NCBI GenBank assembly: GCA_045133355.1
Contig: JBGUUB010000087.1
Span: 11,970-75,969 of the forward strand
From: Acutalibacteraceae bacterium
Lineage (GTDB): Bacteria > Bacillota > Clostridia > Oscillospirales > Acutalibacteraceae
Reading direction: 5' to 3'
DNA length: 64,000 bases
Shown here: positions 48,492-58,083 of the stretch, piece after piece
Layout: each line of letters opens with the position of its first letter
Position numbering within the stretch: the first letter of the stretch is position 1
The notes under the pieces: model-generated
What the model saw: the letters and a program-made list of their open reading frames with translations, nothing else
Databases searched by the model: none
Told to the model about the DNA's origin: nothing
Position numbers and translations under genes: made by a program

Positions 48492-48499
48492 AGTCAACC

Positions 48500-49492
48500 T
48501 CATCTGTTAATCACTTTACGAAGCCAAATAACCGCCTTTGCTGAAATTCGGTATAACAAATATGAATTATAATATACGGAGAGCATTATTCTTCTTCCAA
48601 GCGAGATTGTTTTCAACTGCTTAATAGTTTCCTTGTTATCTTCCATAAATTTCCGAACATCATCAACTCCCTCGGGGATAAATCCAGAAGAACTGTCTAA
48701 AGAACAGTTAATTACACTCATTCCATTAATAACTACCGATTTTAAACAATCTTTTGAAATATGAGGATAATACTGCTTTGCGTATTCATAATGATCTGTC
48801 AATCCTAAATAAATGTGATACGCTTTATGGGGGCTTGCAGATAGAGAAATTCCCTCATTATTATGCAAATAGTTATACAATGCATCCGGTATAAAACAAA
48901 TTCCATGCTCTGCTTTCTCAAAAACTTTATATGTTGTGGAAATATCTTCGTATAATCTTCCCTTGGGGAATTTTATTCCATTCCAGCAATTCCTATTATA
49001 AACCCTAAGCCATACCTGACTGCTAATCGTATCTTTCAAAATTCCTTCTGTGGCTATACGAGCTGACAATAATATTTCTTGAGGAAACGGTATAAATTCT
49101 TGTCTGATAACAAAATCATTCTCAACTATATTTGCAGAAAAGGATACAATATCTACTGAGTATTCCTGCATTTTTCCGATGGCAATTTCAATCAAATTAT
49201 TTTCAATCCAATCATCACTGTCTACAAACGCAACATACTCCCCTGTGCATATATCAAGTGCGTTATTTCTTGCAACAGATAGCCCCGCATTTTTTTGGTG
49301 AATAACTTTTATTCTATTATCAATACTCGCATAATTATCACAAATTTTCGGACAATTATCCGGTGAGCCGTCATCAACAAGAATAATCTCAATTTTTTTA
49401 TATGTTTGGTTTGTTATTGACATTATGCACCTATCTATATACTTTTCCACCTTATAAATAGGCACAATTATTGATACTAAAGGTTGTTCCAT
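48500..49492 (-). CDS. family 2 glycosyltransferase
   Basis: VSIIVPIYKVEKYI...VDDGSPD...DSDD motifs. Confidence 0.88.
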   Translation of the reverse strand: MEQPLVSIIVPIYKVEKYIDRCIMSITNQTYKKIEIILVDDGSPDNCPKICDNYASIDNRIKVIHQKNAGLSVARNNALDICTGEYVAFVDSDDWIENNLIEIAIGKMQEYSVDIVSFSANIVENDFVIRQEFIPFPQEILLSARIATEGILKDTISSQVWLRVYNRNCWNGIKFPKGRLYEDISTTYKVFEKAEHGICFIPDALYNYLHNNEGISLSASPHKAYHIYLGLTDHYEYAKQYYPHISKDCLKSVVINGMSVINCSLDSSSGFIPEGVDDVRKFMEDNKETIKQLKTISLGRRIMLSVYYNSYLLYRISAKAVIWLRKVINR

Positions 49493-49518
49493 AATTAATC
49501 TCTGCCTTTATTCACTTA

Positions 49519-50685
49519 TCATCGTTTTGCAAACCACTTATCATCAATGACCGATGCTCTGCTACACACCTGATCGCATGAAAATGAAGCGTTATTTTTC
49601 CCGTCAATAATGTCCTGAGCTAATGAAAGAAAATTCTTTGCTGCTTGCTCAGCATTCCATCTGAATATGATTGTATTATATGCGTTTTGGGCAAGCTGCT
49701 TACGAAAGTGATCGTTTTCTAAAAGTAATTTTGTACTTTCATAAAGTGCATCAATATCATTTTCATCATATAACAATCCGTTTTGCTGATGTTGAACAAG
49801 AAACGGTGCTGATCCGATTCTGGCGTTAGCCACCACAGCACATGCCGAATTCATCGCCTCATTTAGTACGGCTCCCCATCCTTCATTATGATTAGAAGTA
49901 AACAGGAATATCTCACTTTCTTCCATATATCCTCTTACCTCACTTTGCTTTACAGCACCAAGGAGATGGACATTATCATCAAGACTATAGGATGAAATCA
50001 ATTCTTTAATCTCCTGTGTTTTCTCGCCGTTCCCTATTAGATTCATTTGAAAGGAGAATCCGTCATCGCGCAATCTTTTAGCCACTTGAATCGCATGCTC
50101 CGGATGTTTTAAATCGATCATTCTTGCAACCCAAAGAATACTTTTTTTCTTCTTGGAATCAATTAGCGCTTTAACTTCATTATAGTGATATGTAAAAGGA
50201 AAATATCCCCACTTATAAGCTTTGCCTTTAAACAGGAAAAATTTTGAATAATCATATGCAGAAAATGCACTTGCACATAAAAGATAAGTTTTTTGTGTAT
50301 GCCTATTTTGATTATGCCACTTAAAAAATCTTATTATATACTTTAACCAATACTTGCTCCTGTTTTTTATCGGACGTTCTGAATAGCGAAAGATAATCCT
50401 TCTTGATTTCAGTGCTTTCTTCAACAAAAATTCCGGTGCCGACCCGATAATTATTACATCTGCAGAATCTATTAATTCTTGACATTTTTTCATTTGACTT
50501 TCATTTTCATAATAATAACGAACATATTCAGGAACTTCTATATCTGCCCAGCCCAAATTTATTCTTTCTTGACTCATACGGGCCGTTTCAATAAAAGAAT
50601 AGTCGGCTCCCAATATGGAAAAAAAGCTATCCGAAATCGGCTTTTGATGATGATTAAAATAATTTGATATAAAAACTAATTTCAT
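49519..50685 (-). CDS. GT-B fold glycosyltransferase (GT4-like)
   Basis: C-terminal EGWGAVLNEAM (E-x7-E type) motif. Confidence 0.78.
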   Translation of the reverse strand: MKLVFISNYFNHHQKPISDSFFSILGADYSFIETARMSQERINLGWADIEVPEYVRYYYENESQMKKCQELIDSADVIIIGSAPEFLLKKALKSRRIIFRYSERPIKNRSKYWLKYIIRFFKWHNQNRHTQKTYLLCASAFSAYDYSKFFLFKGKAYKWGYFPFTYHYNEVKALIDSKKKKSILWVARMIDLKHPEHAIQVAKRLRDDGFSFQMNLIGNGEKTQEIKELISSYSLDDNVHLLGAVKQSEVRGYMEESEIFLFTSNHNEGWGAVLNEAMNSACAVVANARIGSAPFLVQHQQNGLLYDENDIDALYESTKLLLENDHFRKQLAQNAYNTIIFRWNAEQAAKNFLSLAQDIIDGKNNASFSCDQVCSRASVIDDKWFAKR

Positions 50686-51875
50686 TTAATTTCCTCATAT
50701 AAGTGCATATATGCACTGAACTTTTCCTCTTTATCAAAAACACTTGCGAACCTACTGCAGTCTTTACTATCCTTTTCCGTCAGCTTTGCTATTGCTTTGA
50801 TAATATCATCTATGTTTTCCGTGTATATGACTTGTCCGCAATTACTGTTTAAAATCATTTCAGGACTTCCGCCTGTATTAAAAGTGATTACCGGTGTTCC
50901 GCAAGCAATGGCTTCCATATTAACCGTTGGATAATTATCCTCCCTTGTTGGGTTCAAAAAAACATCTGCAGCGGTATATATCTCAGCAAGCTCATTTTGA
51001 TTCGTTGTTCTGTGAATAGTTAGTATGCTATCGGGAAGTTCGGCATCGATGGTATCATTTGTTCCTACAAGTATAATCTTGTAGGAATCGCTGATTTTTT
51101 TTGAAAGCTCTATGAATATATCAAGTCCTTTTCTATACCCCCAATCAAAAGCAACACCTAAAATTATTTTTTTGTTACGAAGATGCATTCTTTCTTTAAA
51201 ATTGTTGGATATAGGTTTAAATATACTCAAGTCTATACCATTATTAATTATTGTTAACGGATATTCTTTCAAAAAAGACTCTTTTACCAAATCGGCTAAC
51301 CATTGCGAAGGTGTGACAACATTCAACGACTTGACATTTGAAAACCATCGTTTTTTATGCTTCCACATCCATTTTGAATGATCAACAAAGCTATACGGAT
51401 ATTCGCGGTATGAAGGGCATTGATAGCACCCGGTTTTCCACTTATCGCATTTTTTTGCAGTAAAATACGGACAGTGGCCGGTAAATGCCCAGCAATCGTG
51501 AAGTGTCCAAATCACTTTGATATTCTTTCTTTTAATATATGAAAAGAGCATCGGTATATTAATATAGGAATTATGAAGATTATGCAGGTGTATAATATCA
51601 GGATCAATCTGATCCAATTTTTTTAAAAATCTAATTGTAGCAATTGATGAAAAGCATCCCTGCAGCCCCGTTATCCTACCCAATGCGATATGTAAATATT
51701 CAGCTATTTGAGAACCGATCCAAATGATATGATTATATTTGCTCTCTATATTATGTCGCCCTCTGGGTATTGCTATCCAGCAGGTATATCCCTGTTTATT
51801 TGCAGTTTCTGCTATTTGCATCATGATTTTACCCGTGCTTCCATAATCACAAGTATTAATCTCTAATATCTTCAT
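50682..51875 (-). CDS. GT-B fold glycosyltransferase (GT4-like)
   Basis: C-terminal NPTREDNYPTVNMEAIACGTPVI motif. 4-nt overlap with the downstream GT gene. Confidence 0.78.
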   Translation of the reverse strand: MKILEINTCDYGSTGKIMMQIAETANKQGYTCWIAIPRGRHNIESKYNHIIWIGSQIAEYLHIALGRITGLQGCFSSIATIRFLKKLDQIDPDIIHLHNLHNSYINIPMLFSYIKRKNIKVIWTLHDCWAFTGHCPYFTAKKCDKWKTGCYQCPSYREYPYSFVDHSKWMWKHKKRWFSNVKSLNVVTPSQWLADLVKESFLKEYPLTIINNGIDLSIFKPISNNFKERMHLRNKKIILGVAFDWGYRKGLDIFIELSKKISDSYKIILVGTNDTIDAELPDSILTIHRTTNQNELAEIYTAADVFLNPTREDNYPTVNMEAIACGTPVITFNTGGSPEMILNSNCGQVIYTENIDDIIKAIAKLTEKDSKDCSRFASVFDKEEKFSAYMHLYEEIK

Positions 51876-53043
51876 TTACTAATTTGTCCTCTCGGCTGAA
51901 TCTGATATAGCTATTGCAAATTCCGTGAATAAAAAGAAATGTATAAAACAAAATTGGAAAACCTTCAATGACCGGTTCCAAAAACATTTGTATAATAATC
52001 GCAATATATAACCCTGCTAACAGGTGATTGCACGATACATCTTTGCCTTTCTTAACTACAAGTATAATGTTTCGTATAGCTTCAATATAAATAACAAGTG
52101 TAATAAAAAACGGTATAACTCCATACATATCGTAAATTTCCAAGAGTATATTATGGGCATAGTTATGAATTTCTTGTCTTGCAAAGCCACCGCCAAACGG
52201 ATACTGTAACATATAGGAAATAAATTGTTTAGCAATTTCTATTCGTCCCGTTTGAACTCCTTCTTCACCAAATCTTTCAAACAACGCGGAATTAAGCCAA
52301 AATGTCTTTATACCAAACCAATCATGTTGATAACATATTATTGCAATGATAGCTATTCCGAGCAAAACAAAAGCAAATTTAATTTTGACTGATAAATGTA
52401 CATTTTTAAAAAATGCTAAAATTAAAAATAAATATACAATTGCAAATAATAAAAACGGAGTTCTTGTTGCAGTAAGAATATTAATCATTGCTGTAATTAT
52501 TAATGTGATAAAGGAGTATATTATCAATACTATATTTTTACTGCAAAAAAAAGCATAAAATGAATATCCTATAACTACCGATGATAGAAGAGCAATCAGA
52601 GTAACCGAAATCAAACCGTCATTCCAAACAGCATATAGTGTTCGTGTCGATGGTTGACCCTTGTAAATATTATAAATAAACACAAAAATTATTTGGCATG
52701 AGTATCCGGCAAAAATTGAAAATAAGCAATTTTTGATTAGCTTGACTTTATTATATGCTTTTGAAATTATAGAATACCCAATAATATATGCGCCGCAATA
52801 ATTAATACATTTAACAGTGGCATTAGTTCCAAAATAAAATAAAGATACTAAAGCACATATTACGGATAACAGGGTACATAGCAAATAATTATTTGGATCT
52901 ACAGGTACTTCTAATCCCAACTTAATTATTGTATATACACATAAGAATATAAATATCAAACTTCCCCATTCATTTATATTTAAACACGAAAGAAAAAGAA
53001 GTATAAAGAAAGTTTTTGAACTTTCTACACTTTTAACACCCAT
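51856..53043 (-). CDS. wzy: O-antigen/capsule repeat-unit polymerase (Wzy-like)
   Basis: 395 aa, about 10 helices with one larger loop, very AT-rich, located among the GT genes. Confidence 0.65.
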   Translation of the reverse strand: MGVKSVESSKTFFILLFLSCLNINEWGSLIFIFLCVYTIIKLGLEVPVDPNNYLLCTLLSVICALVSLFYFGTNATVKCINYCGAYIIGYSIISKAYNKVKLIKNCLFSIFAGYSCQIIFVFIYNIYKGQPSTRTLYAVWNDGLISVTLIALLSSVVIGYSFYAFFCSKNIVLIIYSFITLIITAMINILTATRTPFLLFAIVYLFLILAFFKNVHLSVKIKFAFVLLGIAIIAIICYQHDWFGIKTFWLNSALFERFGEEGVQTGRIEIAKQFISYMLQYPFGGGFARQEIHNYAHNILLEIYDMYGVIPFFITLVIYIEAIRNIILVVKKGKDVSCNHLLAGLYIAIIIQMFLEPVIEGFPILFYTFLFIHGICNSYIRFSREDKLVNEDIRD

Positions 53044-53050
53044 TATATCT

Positions 53051-54346
53051 TTAACTCCCCTTATTTATAATTATTGCATCATTTAACCATTCCTTTATCT
53101 TTAAATGATTTCTTGTTGAGTTGTGATTTTTATTTGCTACTGTCCTCGCAGATTTAATAATTGTGTCCCTTAATTCTGTATTTGTAAACAATTCAATCAA
53201 GCCATTTTCCAATTCTTCTTTTTTGGATACCACATATGCTGCCTGATTTTCTCGAACATATTCAACAGATCCCACTTCTTCAGGTCCATAAACAAATAAA
53301 CAAGGACCATACATTAACGATTCAGCAATTTTCGTTGAAATGGAGTACTTTACCCGCTGTCGAAATATGTCATCAAATGATTCTGTGTGAATTACAGCAA
53401 TACACTCAGCAAGGATTTTTAACATTTCATTTTGAGATACAGCATTGTGTAGAGTAATTCCAGGAGCATGTGACATCCGTTTTAATACCTCTGACCGTTT
53501 TTCAGCAGTATACACATCTACAGTATGAATTCCCGTACTGTCGGCGGTATTAATAACCGCTTGTCCTATATCAATTAATTGCATATCTCGATTTACACCT
53601 AATGAACCAAAGTATGCGAATTTTTGAGGTTTTAATGAAAAATTTATCGTTTTATTCTCTGACGTTGTATATATAACATGACACTTCTTATTAAACAATT
53701 TACTATAATCAGATGCCATCTTATCACATATCGTTATAATTGAATCCGCTAATCCTATTGTTTTATATACAGTTTTCATAAACAAACGCTGACGCACTTT
53801 TCCTAATAAACGCTTCCAATTTGCATTAAAAAGGAAAAAGTCATCAACACAATAAACAATTAACGGAATCTTTAGATATTTTGCAATTTTATAAGCGATT
53901 TTATAGCTAAAGCTATAATCTCCTGCTGCGTAAAACAGTACATCAGGCTTATTTTCCAACAGCCATAACTTTAAATCTTCGGAGAACCAATTGCTTAGTG
54001 ACCATATAAAATCCCTTGCAAGATATATAAGCGGAGTTCTTTTTCTTCCTTTTTGATATATTTTAGCAACCGCCCCTGTATCAATACGAGAGGTGTTTAA
54101 ATCTTTTTGAACTTGACTTTTATCAAATTTTGTTCCATGCATCGTCCTTGTAACAATGCTTTTTAATGCATCTCTATCGGTAATTCTGAAATAGTTTCCA
54201 CAGATGCCATCTACTGTTGGGACCTCGGAGTGAAAATACAATTGGCAAATATCATCTTCATCAAATCCGGAGAAAAGATTAAGCAATGTTTTTCCCATAT
54301 TTTCACTGTCACTGAATACATTATGACTTATAATCAATATTCTCAT
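53051..54346 (-). CDS. putative GT-B fold glycosyltransferase
   Basis: 431 aa. MRILIISHNVF N-terminus and a C-terminal Rossmann-like half. Weak assignment. Confidence 0.5.
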   Translation of the reverse strand: MRILIISHNVFSDSENMGKTLLNLFSGFDEDDICQLYFHSEVPTVDGICGNYFRITDRDALKSIVTRTMHGTKFDKSQVQKDLNTSRIDTGAVAKIYQKGRKRTPLIYLARDFIWSLSNWFSEDLKLWLLENKPDVLFYAAGDYSFSYKIAYKIAKYLKIPLIVYCVDDFFLFNANWKRLLGKVRQRLFMKTVYKTIGLADSIITICDKMASDYSKLFNKKCHVIYTTSENKTINFSLKPQKFAYFGSLGVNRDMQLIDIGQAVINTADSTGIHTVDVYTAEKRSEVLKRMSHAPGITLHNAVSQNEMLKILAECIAVIHTESFDDIFRQRVKYSISTKIAESLMYGPCLFVYGPEEVGSVEYVRENQAAYVVSKKEELENGLIELFTNTELRDTIIKSARTVANKNHNSTRNHLKIKEWLNDAIIINKGS

Positions 54347-54422
54347 ATACTACCCTCACATTGCCTATCGTATAAAAGTCTAATCAGCTTACTAAACATG
54401 AATTACTAACATTGATATTTTA

Positions 54423-55535
54423 TCACCTTTGCAGTATGCATCGAACCTTACTAAAAATGGCATCATCTAATTTCGGGCTAATAGCTCCGGTTTCAAATTT
54501 AATTTTAGGAGTGAGTAAACTATCTTTAGGCAACGCTATATCAAATAAACACGAATCATTATCGTCAATCCATTTAACATATTGACCCAATTCTTCATAC
54601 GAATCCAATTTTACCGAACGTATGCCATAAGCTTTTGCAATATCACTGAAATTTGGTACTGTATATCCGCCGCTTTCAGCTGTAGCATTAAATCTATCAC
54701 CATGATAAAAATGTTGGGTTTCGCTAATTTTACCAAGGACTCTATTATTCAATATAAAGATTTTAATAGGGAGATTTTCTCTTTTAACGGTTTCCATTTC
54801 TTGAATATTCATTTGGAAACCTCCATCGCCGCAAATACAGAATACTTTTCCGCCATTCATAGAAACAGACGAGCCAATAGCATATGGAAGACCGCATCCC
54901 ATAGCTCCGAATCCGCCACCAATATGAATCCTTCCTTTGCGACCCTTCAGATGCAGTGACTGCGCTGCCCAACATTGATTCATACCAACATCAACTGCTA
55001 CTACCGGATTTTCCGGTAATAGTTCAGAGATTTTTTGAATAGCCCTATTACCAGGTTGAATATCATAATCTTTCAAAAAATCTTTAGCTTCTAAGCACTG
55101 TTTTTTCCAAGCAGAAAAATCTTTTACATTCTCGCTTAATAATATTCTCATAAAATCGCGAGCATCTGTATGATATTTTTTCTCATTCGGCTTAATATCT
55201 CTGCTTAATTCATATTCATCAATATCAGCACGAACCAGTTTAGCTTTCGGCGCAAATCCATGTGGATTTCTCCCCACTTGTCTTATTCCAAGGCGAGCCC
55301 CAATTGAAACTACTAAATCACACTCGTTGAGTATCATATTAGCAACTCTGTTACCGTGTGTGCCAATAAATCCAATATGTATATTATCCTGAGCCAAGTC
55401 AACACCATTCAATGTGGTTAGAACCGGAATATTTGTTCTGTCAACGAATTCGTGAACCATATCCACAGCTCCTGAAGATCTAACGCCATTACCTATTAAC
55501 AATATTGGTTTGTTGTATGTCGAGTGGAAAATCAA
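54423..55535 (-). CDS. thiamine-diphosphate enzyme, middle plus PP (TPP-binding) domains (ALS-like)
   Basis: KPILLIGNGV at the start of the middle domain. TPP motif GDGGFQMNIQEMETVKRENLPIKIFILNN. TTG start 8 nt after AAAGGAGG. Confidence 0.78.
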   Translation of the reverse strand: MIFHSTYNKPILLIGNGVRSSGAVDMVHEFVDRTNIPVLTTLNGVDLAQDNIHIGFIGTHGNRVANMILNECDLVVSIGARLGIRQVGRNPHGFAPKAKLVRADIDEYELSRDIKPNEKKYHTDARDFMRILLSENVKDFSAWKKQCLEAKDFLKDYDIQPGNRAIQKISELLPENPVVAVDVGMNQCWAAQSLHLKGRKGRIHIGGGFGAMGCGLPYAIGSSVSMNGGKVFCICGDGGFQMNIQEMETVKRENLPIKIFILNNRVLGKISETQHFYHGDRFNATAESGGYTVPNFSDIAKAYGIRSVKLDSYEELGQYVKWIDDNDSCLFDIALPKDSLLTPKIKFETGAISPKLDDAIFSKVRCILQR

Positions 55536-56022
55536 TGATCACCCCTCCTTTTCTTCCTAATGTTGCCATATTATAAGCTCTTTTAACAATATCGGGAAAC
55601 CCTTCACTTGTATTTGCTGTAACAGAATACTTTGTTATGTTTCGGGTCATAGAAACCAAATCCATCTCTTGAAACCCATTCTGTCTAATACCGGAGAAAC
55701 CTTTCATTTCATTAGTCGGCACATTTCCGCAAATGCCCATAACCGGAAAACTGTCAAACCATGCATCCGCTAATCCGCTTAATCCATTTACTGCTCCGGG
55801 TCCGGAGGTTGTAAAATATACCCCTATTTTTCCGCTCGTACGGGCAAAACCCACCGCGGCAAATGCACATCCTTGCTCGTTATAACAGACATGTGTTTTT
55901 ATTTCATCTTTTCGTTTGTATAAAGCATCCATGAATGGCACTATATATCCACCGGCATATCCGAACACATCCGTAACCCCATGTTCAATTAAAAAATCAA
56001 CCAAATATTCAGAACAATTCAT
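55489..56022 (-). CDS. thiamine-diphosphate enzyme, N-terminal PYR domain (ALS-like)
   Basis: GVTDVFGYAGG...NEQGCAFAAVGFAR...TSGPGAVN...GRKGGVIIDFPLDIQ. Ends 47 nt inside the next ORF in another frame. Confidence 0.78.
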   Translation of the reverse strand: MNCSEYLVDFLIEHGVTDVFGYAGGYIVPFMDALYKRKDEIKTHVCYNEQGCAFAAVGFARTSGKIGVYFTTSGPGAVNGLSGLADAWFDSFPVMGICGNVPTNEMKGFSGIRQNGFQEMDLVSMTRNITKYSVTANTSEGFPDIVKRAYNMATLGRKGGVIIDFPLDIQQTNIVNR

Positions 56023-56641
56023 TTATAACACCCATTAAAATATTATTTACTGTTTGTTTTCTAACAATAATATGTGTTCCTGATTTATACTCTTTGTTCA
56101 CCGCTTTTGAAACAACCTTTGCAAAATCTTCCGGATCCAATAAAGTTGTTTGCTCCTCATCAGGATACAAATTCTTTCGCATTTTTGTTTTTGTTCGCGC
56201 CGGTGATATTGCAACCGCATATAGCCCATCCTCAGCCCAACACTTTGTAGCCATTACAACAGCAGCTTTTGTTGCACAGTACTCACTCCATGTAGCATGT
56301 GGTTCTACTGCTGCTGCCGAAGTAATGTTGACAATATTAAGATTCGGATTATATTTAAGCCCTATTGATGTACAATAAAATGTACCTGAAAGATTAATAT
56401 CAATGTGTTTCTTTATATTTTCAAGGTCGGCTTCTTTAACCGACTTTGGAATAACATATCCGGCATTATTTATCAAAGTATCAGGTTTATAGTATTTAAT
56501 AGCCTTTTCGATACTATCCCAATTTGTTACATCCATCTCTTGTCTTGAAGGTGCATACACATCTAAGCCTTCACAAAGCAATTGTCTCTCTATGGCCTTT
56601 GCAATATCGCCGTTTCCCCCCGTTATAAGCACTTTTTTCAT
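56009..56641 (-). CDS. short-chain dehydrogenase/reductase
   Basis: ITGGNGDIAKAI glycine motif, NNAG, and a YxxxK-like pair (YCATK). Confidence 0.82.
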   Translation of the reverse strand: MKKVLITGGNGDIAKAIERQLLCEGLDVYAPSRQEMDVTNWDSIEKAIKYYKPDTLINNAGYVIPKSVKEADLENIKKHIDINLSGTFYCTSIGLKYNPNLNIVNITSAAAVEPHATWSEYCATKAAVVMATKCWAEDGLYAVAISPARTKTKMRKNLYPDEEQTTLLDPEDFAKVVSKAVNKEYKSGTHIIVRKQTVNNILMGVINELF

Positions 56642-56642
56642 A

Positions 56643-57248
56643 TTACTTTGTCTCCTTCAGTTGTTTTTGATAAATAGATTCAATGATTTCAAGATCTCCG
56701 GGGTATGTGACCTTAAAAAGATTTGAATCGGTCTCAATAAAATGCGGCTTAATTCCATGAAACTCAAACATAGTCCTTGTTTCATCAGTCATATCATTAA
56801 AGATACCACTTTCATATGCCTCTAACAATAGCTTATAATCAAATGCCTGAGGAGTCAAAAGATCATAGAGTTCATTACGATTAAGATACCTGCCATCTCT
56901 ATAAATCACAGTATTTACCAACGGTCTTACAAATGATGTGGAAGGATATTTATCTTCAAGCAGTTCCAAAATTTGTGTTTTAGTCAACATGGGTCTTGCA
57001 GCTTCAATTATAATAACCCTATCAGTATCATCAGGCAATGCCTTTAATCCATTAATAACCGAACCTGTTCTTGTCTCTCCGCCTTGAATATCTTTACCAA
57101 CGACTACTACTCGCTCTCTTGGTATTACACTCAAAGTTGTTTCATATGTATAATTCCATAACGGTTTCCCGTGGAAAATTATATCTTGTTTTTTTGCCTT
57201 ATATCGATTTCCCTGACCCGCAGCTAAAATAATTGCCGAATAACTCAT
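56643..57248 (-). CDS. IspD/TarI-family cytidylyltransferase
   Basis: AIILAAGQGNRY signature; size about 200 aa. Confidence 0.82.
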   Translation of the reverse strand: MSYSAIILAAGQGNRYKAKKQDIIFHGKPLWNYTYETTLSVIPRERVVVVGKDIQGGETRTGSVINGLKALPDDTDRVIIIEAARPMLTKTQILELLEDKYPSTSFVRPLVNTVIYRDGRYLNRNELYDLLTPQAFDYKLLLEAYESGIFNDMTDETRTMFEFHGIKPHFIETDSNLFKVTYPGDLEIIESIYQKQLKETK

Positions 57249-57261
57249 ATCTACACTCCAA

Positions 57262-58083
57262 TCATTCAAAATAAGATTTATTATAATCCAATGTTATATA
57301 GTCATGCGCAGACTTTCTTTTATTTTCAGGAGGAAGTTTTCTCCAATCACCATAAATAGCAGTTAAGTATTCATCAAAGAATTGCGGTCCGTATATTTTT
57401 TCTCCTTCAAATTCATAAAGTGTAGGATGACCAAATATATTTTTCTCCACAATTTCTTTATAACGATATGTTCCGTTGAGATTTGCCCAGTAAATTGCGG
57501 AGTCATCATTCATACTGTTTGCAAGCTTATCAAGGCTTATTGACAACTCCTTTTCTTTAACCAAGAATGAGGGAATTGCTCTTGCTGCAATTATAGAAAG
57601 ATTCTTATACCATTCACGTTCACTTTTTATGGCGCAAGTACGCATCATTAAAAACATATTTTTCCTATCAAATTTTTTTAATTTGGAAAACGCTTCTTCC
57701 TTACTGTTTCCAATACCATCCAATGGAAATACATCAATATAAATACCTCTCTTACAATCGTTCCTTGTATGTTCAACCAAAGTTGAATTTATGTCATAAA
57801 GTTTTGAAAAAGTGTATAAAAAGTCTTCTTTACCTGCATATGGTGACTCAAGATAATATCCATCAATTGGTTTATTAAATGTATTAATTAGCCGATTATA
57901 ATCCTTTCTGGGGATTCCAACATCAATATCGTCATCCCAAGGAATAAATCCATGATGTCTTGCAGCACCTAACATGGTTCCACCTACAGCATAATAAGCA
58001 ATATCGTTGTCAACACAATACTTGTGAAACCAACACAACATTTTATATAATCTATTTTGTAATTCGTTCATAAATTTCCTCAA
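57262..58083 (-). CDS. LicD-family phosphotransferase (copy 2)
   Basis: GGTMLGAARHHGFIPWDDDIDVGIPR motif. Confidence 0.85.
   Translation of the reverse strand: MRKFMNELQNRLYKMLCWFHKYCVDNDIAYYAVGGTMLGAARHHGFIPWDDDIDVGIPRKDYNRLINTFNKPIDGYYLESPYAGKEDFLYTFSKLYDINSTLVEHTRNDCKRGIYIDVFPLDGIGNSKEEAFSKLKKFDRKNMFLMMRTCAIKSEREWYKNLSIIAARAIPSFLVKEKELSISLDKLANSMNDDSAIYWANLNGTYRYKEIVEKNIFGHPTLYEFEGEKIYGPQFFDEYLTAIYGDWRKLPPENKRKSAHDYITLDYNKSYFE

Noticed and set aside
54423-56022. Phosphonate (PEP mutase / phosphonopyruvate decarboxylase) pathway as the explanation for the TPP enzyme
   Set aside because: No PEP mutase-like ORF exists anywhere in the locus. The TPP protein also has an ALS-type middle domain, which phosphonopyruvate and sulfopyruvate decarboxylases lack.
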